The translations under genes were made by a program, and so were the position numbers. 64,000 nt of DNA from NCBI GenBank assembly GCA_965216755.1, contig CBDCGL010000011.1, positions 736,001 to 800,000 on the forward strand, written 5' to 3'. This document shows, one piece after another, positions 57,801-64,000 of this stretch (position 1 is the stretch's first letter; each line of letters opens with the position of its first letter). This DNA comes from Alphaproteobacteria bacterium. Lineage in GTDB: Bacteria > Pseudomonadota > Alphaproteobacteria > UBA7887. The notes under the pieces were generated by a model. The model did no database searches. It saw only the letters and a program-made list of their open reading frames with translations, and was not told the DNA's origin.

Positions 57801-58335
57801 ACTTTATCAGCAGCTTCTGGAAGAAGCGGTACAGGCGGCGCGGGCCGAGCCCGGCGCGGATGCGCCGGGCGACCAATGGTCGCCACAGATTACAGTTGGC
57901 GTATCGGTAATGATTCCAGAAAGCTATGTCCAGGACCTGACTGTGCGGATGAGTTTGTACCGCCGGATCGGCAATCTGGTCGTGGATGATGAGGTCGATT
58001 CCTTTGCGGCCGAAATGGTCGACCGCTTTGGCAGCTTGCCCGACGAAACCGAACAGCTACTGAATGTGGTGAAGATAAAGGGACTATGTCGCGTGGCCGG
58101 GATCGAGAAGATCGACGCCGGTCCGAAGGGCGCGGTGATCTCGTTTCGTGATAATCGCTTCGCGCGCCCCGAGAAGTTGATTGCGCTGATCGCCGATCGC
58201 GTCCACGAAGTTAAGCTTCGGCCCGACCACAAGCTCGTCGTCGTGCGCAATTGGGCTGACCCAGCGCGTCGCCTGGTCGGCGTTCATGAATTCGTGCGTG
58301 AGCTGGCTGAAATGGCGGAACCCGTTGCGGCTTAA
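54829..58335 (+). CDS. mfd: Transcription-repair coupling factor
   Basis: PAWDCLPYDRVSP, VRGGIID, HGVGRF, CGDVGFGKTEVA, DEEQHFGV, QLYQLRGRVGRS, TRCF C-terminus. Confidence 0.97.
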   Translation: MIVTTIDKLLQSGAHLTLTGAPEGRDALAVADLASTAAERDILVIARDDARMASLAAATKVFAPDLAVSIFPAWDCLPYDRVSPRRDLCATRLRTLSELASRPNGAQSTRRVVVATCNAVIQRVPPATVLAGLSWQLKSGDSLDVAALTAFLQRAGYVRTATVMEPGEYTVRGGIIDIYPPGEDEPVRVDLFGDIVESIRAFDPLTQRSSTRRPSLHLIPASEVQLDDDSIARFRGRYRALFGAVTGDDPLYEAVSAGRHHVGMEHWLPLFHEHLETIFEYLPDAVVLLDHLCDEARSERLQAIDDYYQARVDQATRQSTMAGTDYKPVEPEALFVGASAWTRILAGYSIGSFVPFQVPEATPQIVDLGGRRVRDFAPERQKRDSGLFDAVSKFLGDRLAQGRVVAIVCRSAGSRDRLHALLESHGSNACARVEQWQELAATRGRVAGLLVLGLDHGFETDDTTVLSEEDILGDRLARPPRRNRRAAKFLAEVSNLEAGDLIVHVDHGVGRFEGLVSLDVASAPHDCLKLSYAGGDRLFVPVENIDVLSRFGSGDGVAPLDKLGGAGWQARKSRLKKALRDMAAELMQTAAARVVRYSPVISPPEGLYDQFCARFPYDETDDQKQAIDDCIADLATTKPMDRLICGDVGFGKTEVALRAAFIAAYSGRQVAVVVPTTLLCRQHYQTFRDRFEGLPLEIGQLSRLVGSKEAGAVKEGLAEGRIDIVIGTHTLLANTISFKDLGLLIIDEEQHFGVAQKERLKALKAEVDVLTLTATPIPRTLQLALSGVRDLSLIATPPIDRLAVRTFVMPFDPVVVREAILREQYRGGQTFYICPRIEDLDRVAAELSRIVPEAKVAIAHGRMAARRLEDVMTSFCDGKYDILLSTSIIESGLDIPSANTMVVHRADMFGLAQLYQLRGRVGRSKTRAYAYFTVPPHRLLKGAAEARLNVIQTLDSLGAGFSLASHDLDIRGAGNLLGDAQSGHIREVGIELYQQLLEEAVQAARAEPGADAPGDQWSPQITVGVSVMIPESYVQDLTVRMSLYRRIGNLVVDDEVDSFAAEMVDRFGSLPDETEQLLNVVKIKGLCRVAGIEKIDAGPKGAVISFRDNRFARPEKLIALIADRVHEVKLRPDHKLVVVRNWADPARRLVGVHEFVRELAEMAEPVAA

Positions 58336-58521
58336 GGCCCGAAGTCGAAACAAAGCAATTTGGTGCCTCGACGCGGAGAGATGGGTCCAAGGCACAATGT
58401 CCGACAATATTGAACCATTCTGTTCGCGACCGGCGGGCGCCCCCCCCCAATGGGAATCCATGTGAACGACCACATTGGTCGGACGGCTTGCCCGATCCAC
58501 CGCACGAGATCCAAATATTCG

Positions 58522-58598
58522 GCTCGTGTCCTGACGAAACCGAAGTTCGTACGGTGCCTGGGGTCAGACGTGACGAACTTTGGTTTCGGGACACGAGC
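58522..58598 (+). other. Long intergenic hairpin (candidate structured RNA or miniature inverted-repeat element)
   Basis: GCTCGTGTCC/GGACACGAGC (10 bp), 3-nt bulge, then CGAAACCGAAGTTCGT/ACGAACTTTGGTTTCG (16 bp with one G-U). Confidence 0.6.
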
Positions 58599-58676
58599 AT
58601 CGCGCCGCGCCGTCCTTCGCGTGGACCGCCACGCCGGGCCGCGGACAGAATTGATTCAATGTTATTGGATACTGCT

Positions 58677-59360
58677 TTAGAGGCGGCCTGCCCAATTGGG
58701 AAGGCCGCTCGGCACCGGTTCAGGGTCAGTCTCCACCTGTTCGGCGACCGTGAAGACCTGCAAAAAAACCTCGGGCTCCTGTGCGCCTGAAATGGCGTAG
58801 CGACCATTGATGATAAAACAGGGAACACCGGTGACCCCGATACGGCGCGCGTTCAAATCCTCGCGCCGAACGACCTCGACGTCGTCATCGGATTGCAGGT
58901 AGTGACTCAGCGGCGCGCTATCTAAGCCAGCCTGAGCACCGATTTCGATCAGCGATTCGGACGATCCGATGTCGCGACCTTCAAGAAAGTAGGCGCGGAA
59001 CATAGCTTCGATCGCGGCGTCTTGATTGCCATGTTGTTGTGCGTACCGCGCTAACCTGTGTGAGTGGACCGTGTTCGGCGTCATGGCGATCAAATCGAAC
59101 CTAAAATCCAACCCCTCGCTCGTGCCGGCTCGCCGAATGGCTTGATAAATCTCGCGTGCGCGAGCCTCACCGCCAAACTTGAGGCTTAAATATGTGGTTC
59201 GATCCAGACCGCTATCCGGCATATCGGGGTTAAGTTGAAAGGGATGCCAAACAACTTCAACGTCTAGCCCGGGTCGTTGAGCGAGAGCGCGTTCGAGGCG
59301 GCGCTTGCCGATAAAGCACCACGGGCAGACGGTGTCAGAGATTACGTCAACGCGCATCAC
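58677..59360 (-). CDS. DsbA/FrnE family oxidoreductase
   Basis: SDTVCPWCFIGKRRL, PFQLNP, GVPCFII, SGAQEP. Confidence 0.93.
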   Translation of the reverse strand: MMRVDVISDTVCPWCFIGKRRLERALAQRPGLDVEVVWHPFQLNPDMPDSGLDRTTYLSLKFGGEARAREIYQAIRRAGTSEGLDFRFDLIAMTPNTVHSHRLARYAQQHGNQDAAIEAMFRAYFLEGRDIGSSESLIEIGAQAGLDSAPLSHYLQSDDDVEVVRREDLNARRIGVTGVPCFIINGRYAISGAQEPEVFLQVFTVAEQVETDPEPVPSGLPNWAGRL

Positions 59361-59486
59361 GAAACGAACCTAATTGGCGTCGACAGACACAGCAACAACA
59401 AGATTGCGCAGCGCGCGATTCATCGCGCCTCGTGCATTCCACCCAAGCCAGTGTGGGTATGTGAGCCACAGACGAGGCGCTTGATC

Positions 59487-60869
59487 CTATCGGGCCACGA
59501 GCGCAGCGCGGTTGATCGGGTCGGTTGCCAAATCTCCGGGTCTAAAAGCTGAGGTGCCGACCGTAATCGAAGCGTGGATGGGTGCGGCGCCACCAGCGAT
59601 CAGGAACTCGGTTGTTTCTATGACGCCGGCGATACGCCCCATGACGCGCCGGGCGCTGTCGATATCTGTTTCCGGCAATATGATGCACATCTCGCGACCG
59701 CGGTACCGGGCCGGTAAATCTTCCGCGCGGACCAGGCGCCGAACGATTTGACCGACCTGCCGTATCAGATTATCACCTGCCGCATAGCCGTGCTTCTTGT
59801 TCAGGCCCGGCACTTCTTGCAGACCAACATAACCGAGCGCAAAACCGCTGCCGTGCTGTTCGCAGTCTGCGATGAGCGCGTCGAGGTAATCGAGCAAAAA
59901 GCCGTGGCTGAACAATCCCGTCAATGAATCGGTTGTCAGCGTATCTCGAGCGGCTTGCGCGGCATGCATAAGGTCGCCGCGATACTGCTGTTCAAGGACC
60001 CAAACGAGAACGCGATCGTGGAGGTCGTTTTCGGTCTCGTGATTGATCAATATATCATTGGCCCCAGCGGTGTAGGCCGCATCGGCGGACAAGATCCCCG
60101 GTTGCGTGCATACCAACAACAGCGGCAAATTAAACAGAGACGGGTTGTGGCGTGCGTCGCGGCAAAATTGGATCGCCTGCGGTGCATCAACTGCGTCGGC
60201 GACGATAATCGCAGCAAGATGTCGCGTTGGTTGCAAACGCTCTAACGCGTTACCTGGGGCAACAGCCGTATCGCATTGGTATGTCTCTTCAAGAGAGCTG
60301 ACCAGGTCGGCATCTTTGGCCAGATTCAGAACCAATATCGCTGCATCTTGATCGATTTCCTGGCGTCGCTCGGGAATCGTGACGTCGACATCGAAGCGTG
60401 CGATCGTTTCGCGTCGTCGGGTCAGTTCGTCGTGAAGCAGGCGCAAACGGACGAGACAACGCAGCCGCGGAACAAATCGTGCAAAATCCAATTCAATGTC
60501 GATGGCATCGTCCGCGTATGACAACAAGTCCTGGATTTCGGTCCGCGGCCGGCCCCGTCCGACTACCAATAGTGGAATTCCAGCGGTACGCGGATCTGCC
60601 TTGATACCCGAGACGACCGGCAGCCAATCACAGTCGCGATCATCAAAGCACAGGACCACCGCACTGGGCCGCAAGGCTTTGACGGTATCAATCGCAGCAC
60701 TGTCAGCGGTTCGGCCAACGAGGGTGAATCCGCCGTCTTTGACGGAATTGACGATATCGACATCGCCGTCGATGGCGTGTCCCAACACCATCACGCGCGC
60801 CGATGACGTCGCAAAATGGGTCTGTGACGATGCGATTGGCGCGGTGTGATACATGGAAATCCTATGCAA
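59487..60869 (-). CDS. PleD-architecture protein (two REC-like domains + degenerate GGDEF), PopA-like c-di-GMP effector candidate
   Basis: REC-like IKADPRTAGIPLL and RHNPSLFNLPLL; TDSLTGL, NKKHGYAAGD; I-site RAED followed by LPARY-RGREM in place of GG(D/E)EF. Confidence 0.82.
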   Translation of the reverse strand: MHRISMYHTAPIASSQTHFATSSARVMVLGHAIDGDVDIVNSVKDGGFTLVGRTADSAAIDTVKALRPSAVVLCFDDRDCDWLPVVSGIKADPRTAGIPLLVVGRGRPRTEIQDLLSYADDAIDIELDFARFVPRLRCLVRLRLLHDELTRRRETIARFDVDVTIPERRQEIDQDAAILVLNLAKDADLVSSLEETYQCDTAVAPGNALERLQPTRHLAAIIVADAVDAPQAIQFCRDARHNPSLFNLPLLLVCTQPGILSADAAYTAGANDILINHETENDLHDRVLVWVLEQQYRGDLMHAAQAARDTLTTDSLTGLFSHGFLLDYLDALIADCEQHGSGFALGYVGLQEVPGLNKKHGYAAGDNLIRQVGQIVRRLVRAEDLPARYRGREMCIILPETDIDSARRVMGRIAGVIETTEFLIAGGAAPIHASITVGTSAFRPGDLATDPINRAALVAR

Positions 60870-60998
60870 ATGAAGACGCGACAGCTACATCTTGGGCGTT
60901 CGAAACTCAATCGAGATCAAGTCGGGAAGGCGCCGCAAATCTCGCATCTTGGTGAACCCATTGTCCCACTGGTCCGACCAAAGGAGCGTAAAACTGTA

Positions 60999-62675
60999 AT
61001 GGCCGAAACTGTGCCGGCAGTTAACCCATATGAGATAGGATTGGAGCAGGGACCGGCCAACCATGCCGCGCTCACGCCGATCCATTTCTTGTATCGCGCG
61101 GCGACCACTTATCCAGATCATGTGGCCGTTATTTATGGTTCTGAGCGACGTACATATGCGGAACTTCTCGACCGATGTCAGAGGTTGGCCGCGGCGTTTG
61201 TCGCCCAGAATATCGTGGTCGGCGATACGGTTTCGGTGATTGCGCCGAATATTCCCCAATTGCTTGAGTGCCACTTTGCAGTGCCCATGTCCGGCGCGGT
61301 TTTGAACGCCATGAATACGCGTTTGGACGCCGCAACGATCGCGTTCATTCTCGATCATGCCCAAACAAAAATACTCATTTCAGACAGCTCGTTTAGGGAT
61401 CAAGTTGAAGTTGCAGTTAAGCAATTAAGGAACCCGCCGCGGATAGTTTGGATCGAGGATACGCAGGTATCGCAGCAGGCCGATGCTCGGCCGTCAGCGA
61501 CGGTCCGCGGCATGGACTATGAGGAATTCCTAGCCACTGGCTCGGCCGACACCGAGCTGTCGCGGCCGGTCGACGAATGGCAAGCCATTTCTTTGAATTA
61601 CACTTCCGGAACAACAGGCAACCCAAAGGGCGTCGTTTACCATCACCGGGGCGCCTATTTGAACGCGTTGTCTGGCGCGTTTGCCACGGAGATAAACCAT
61701 CGCAGCGTCTATTTGTGGACACTGCCCATGTTTCATTGCAACGGGTGGTGTTTTCCGTGGGCGGTGACGGCAGTGGCCGGCACACACGTGTGCTTGCGGA
61801 GCATCGACCCCGCCCACATTTTCGACAGCGTCGTCGAGCACGAGGTCACTGCCTTCTGTGGCGCGCCGATTATCCTCAATATGTTGATCCATGCGCCCGC
61901 CGCGGCCCAACGTGGATTTGACCACAATTGCAGTGTGTTCACGGGCGGCGCGGCACCGCCAAGCGTCGTCATAGCTGGAATGGAAGAACTCGGTTTTTCA
62001 GTCACCCAGCTCTATGGTCTCACCGAATGCTACGGTCCTTGTTTGGTTTGCCCACCACAGGCGGACTGGTCTGAGCTGCCGTTGAAGGAGCGGGCCGGCT
62101 TGATGGCGCGCCAGGGACTGGGGTACCCATTGCTCGAATCGATCATGGTCGCAGATCCGACGACTTGCGCGCCGGTACCTTGTGACGGCGAAACCATCGG
62201 CGAGATCATGTTACGCGGCAATACGGTCATGAAGGGATATCTGAAAAACCCCGAGGCAACTGCCGCCGCTTTCCAGGGCGGTTGGTTCCACACCGGAGAT
62301 TTGGCGGTTGCTCATCCCGATGGCTATATCGAGGTCAAAGACCGCTCAAAAGACATCATCATCTCTGGTGGCGAGAACATATCGTCTCTAGAGATCGAAG
62401 AGGTGCTTTATCAGCACCCCGACATCATGGAAGCTGCCGTTGTTGCGAGACCGGACGGGAAATGGGGTGAAAGCCCTTGTGCCTTTGTTGACTTAGGACC
62501 GTCGGCGGACCGCATCTCCCAAGCAGATGTCATCGCTTATTGCCGGACTCGTATGGCAGCATTCAAGATTCCGCGAACGGTTGTGTTTGGACCCTTGCCG
62601 AAGACGTCAACGGGTAAGATCCAGAAATTCGACCTGCGCCAGCGGGCGGCGGCGCTCAACGAGAACGAAGGGTGA
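60999..62675 (+). CDS. Acyl-CoA synthetase (short/medium-chain, AMP-forming)
   Basis: ALTPIHFL, YTSGTTGNPKG, PMFHCNGW, YGLTE, WFHTGD, DRSKDIIISGGEN, PKTSTGKIQK. Confidence 0.93.
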   Translation: MAETVPAVNPYEIGLEQGPANHAALTPIHFLYRAATTYPDHVAVIYGSERRTYAELLDRCQRLAAAFVAQNIVVGDTVSVIAPNIPQLLECHFAVPMSGAVLNAMNTRLDAATIAFILDHAQTKILISDSSFRDQVEVAVKQLRNPPRIVWIEDTQVSQQADARPSATVRGMDYEEFLATGSADTELSRPVDEWQAISLNYTSGTTGNPKGVVYHHRGAYLNALSGAFATEINHRSVYLWTLPMFHCNGWCFPWAVTAVAGTHVCLRSIDPAHIFDSVVEHEVTAFCGAPIILNMLIHAPAAAQRGFDHNCSVFTGGAAPPSVVIAGMEELGFSVTQLYGLTECYGPCLVCPPQADWSELPLKERAGLMARQGLGYPLLESIMVADPTTCAPVPCDGETIGEIMLRGNTVMKGYLKNPEATAAAFQGGWFHTGDLAVAHPDGYIEVKDRSKDIIISGGENISSLEIEEVLYQHPDIMEAAVVARPDGKWGESPCAFVDLGPSADRISQADVIAYCRTRMAAFKIPRTVVFGPLPKTSTGKIQKFDLRQRAAALNENEG

Positions 62676-63448
62676 TGACCATGCAACAACCACCCTATCG
62701 ACTTGATGGCCGAGTCGCGCTGGTCACCGGTGCGTCGCAAGGCTTGGGCGCGCAATTCGCGCTAACCCTGGCGCGGGCGGGTGCGGAGGTCGCACTGGCA
62801 GCGCGCAATATGGAACGTTTACAGTCTGTTGCCCAGAATATTAAAGATGTTGGTGGCATTGCGATGCCGATCCATTTGGACGTGACGGATGTGGATAGCA
62901 TCGAGGCCGCGGTTGGGGCGGCGCAGGATTCATTCGGGCCGATCCACATTTTGGTCAACAATTCCGGCGTCGCGGTGACCAAGCCGGCGCTTGAAATGAC
63001 CGAGCAGGATTGGGATTACGTTGTCGACACCAATTTAAAGGGCGTTTGGCTGGTCGCGCAAAAGGTCGCCAAGAGCATGGCCGAGCGAGGGGCAGGCGGC
63101 AAAATCATCAACATTGCCTCGATCGCGTCAGATATCGTCCTGGGCCAACTTGCGCCATATTGCGCATCGAAGGCTGGCGTGGCCCATCTGACGCGGGCCC
63201 TGGCAGTCGAGTTCGCACGTCATCAGATCCAAGTAAATGCTATTGCGCCCGGCTACATCGAAACCGAGATGAACCGGGAATTCTTCTCCAGCGAAGCGGG
63301 TCAGCAGCTGATACGTCAAAGCATCCCGATGCGGCGTATCGGACAACCATCCGATCTGGATGGCGCGCTCATGTTGCTGGCTTCCGAGGCGTCGGCTTTC
63401 ATGACCGGAAGCATTATCGCCGTCGATGGCGGCCACGGTGTGGCGTAG
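62672..63448 (+). CDS. Short-chain dehydrogenase/reductase
   Basis: TGASQGLG, VNNSG, NIASIA, YCASK, VNAIAPG. Confidence 0.93.
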   Translation: MMTMQQPPYRLDGRVALVTGASQGLGAQFALTLARAGAEVALAARNMERLQSVAQNIKDVGGIAMPIHLDVTDVDSIEAAVGAAQDSFGPIHILVNNSGVAVTKPALEMTEQDWDYVVDTNLKGVWLVAQKVAKSMAERGAGGKIINIASIASDIVLGQLAPYCASKAGVAHLTRALAVEFARHQIQVNAIAPGYIETEMNREFFSSEAGQQLIRQSIPMRRIGQPSDLDGALMLLASEASAFMTGSIIAVDGGHGVA

Positions 63449-63504
63449 TGTGAGACCCTTGCCATGCGGTAGTACTTGTCGGCTAACAGGGGAAGGTTGT
63501 AGGC

Positions 63505-64000
63505 ATGCTGTATCGCGAATTCGCTGATCAAGAATCTCTGGACGTTGAATACAATCCCGCCGCACGGTCTGATGAAGGAGATCGCTTGATTCCGGAATGG
63601 ACCGCAGACAGCGAGGCGGCGCGGCGCGAGCTGGATTGTGTCCTCGGTCTCAAGTTTGGTCCGACGATTGCCGAGTATTTGGACATATTTCCAGCTGGCC
63701 CTGAGGCGCCGGTCCATATTTTCATACACGGCGGTTATTGGCGACGGTTCACAGCGGCGGACTATTCGTTTATCGCACGGCGTCTTGTTGACGCCGGAGT
63801 TACGACCGTTATCAACAATTATGCCTTATGTCCGGTCGTTACAATTGATGAGATTGTACGTCAAATCCGTGCGGCAATCATCTGGACGCACAACAATATA
63901 TCAAGTTATGGCGGCGATCCCGACCGATTGACCATTTCGGGGCATTCGGCCGGCGGACACCTCGTCGGGATGGCCGTATCGACAGCATGGCAGCGTGACT
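63505..64000 (+). CDS. Arylformamidase/HSL-family alpha/beta hydrolase, 3' truncated by window
   Basis: Not in the ORF track. Manual translation MLYREFADQESLDVEYNP...IFIHGGYW...NYALCP...ISGHSAGGHL. Confidence 0.88.
   Translation, partial: MLYREFADQESLDVEYNPAARSDEGDRLIPEWTADSEAARRELDCVLGLKFGPTIAEYLDIFPAGPEAPVHIFIHGGYWRRFTAADYSFIARRLVDAGVTTVINNYALCPVVTIDEIVRQIRAAIIWTHNNISSYGGDPDRLTISGHSAGGHLVGMAVSTAWQRD

Noticed and set aside
58531-58598. CTGACGA/GAAAC inside the long hairpin as hammerhead, or the hairpin as SRP, 6S or tRNA
   Set aside because: The motifs overlap rather than flank a stem II. There is no SRP GGAA/GCAG loop, cloverleaf or recognisable 6S pattern.
59425-59480. 9-bp inverted repeat GCGCCTCGT/ACGAGGCGC between the GGDEF gene and dsbA/frnE as a riboswitch
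   Set aside because: No recognisable aptamer consensus. Such a stem is plausible by chance in GC-rich DNA, or as an ordinary terminator.

Overview
GC-rich, densely coding bacterial chromosome segment. Gene content (DUF502-recG-sdhE-mfd block, CheZ-type FQDLTGQ protein, short flagellin with a sigma54/IHF/enhancer promoter, PleD-architecture protein) points to an alphaproteobacterium, probably Rhodospirillales-like; this is inference. About 53 CDSs, mostly catabolic and envelope genes, including two edge-truncated genes missing from the ORF track. I found no rRNA, tRNA, CRISPR array, transposase or integrase. The best candidate for an undescribed system is 14.4-25.0 kb. There a PTPS-IV-type cluster of unknown product (Cys-less 6-pyruvoyl-tetrahydropterin synthase homologue, creatininase/FAPy-deformylase family, RibD-C reductase, GT4, SAM methyltransferase, MDR dehydrogenase, CDP-alcohol phosphotransferase) is tightly linked to an LtaS/OpgB-like membrane phosphotransferase and an NdvB-like GH17-GT2 beta-glucan synthase. 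This suggests a lipid-carried, GTP-derived head group transferred onto a periplasmic glucan. Other points of interest: a PopA-like degenerate GGDEF protein, a complete sigma54-IHF-enhancer flagellin promoter, a hydrolase with the full fluoroacetate-dehalogenase residue set, an Atu-like carboxylase cluster with BKACE, a 77-nt hairpin downstream of mfd, and an AT-rich IHF-site-rich insert next to recG. All calls come from reading motifs by eye; no database search was run, and refined start codons are estimates.
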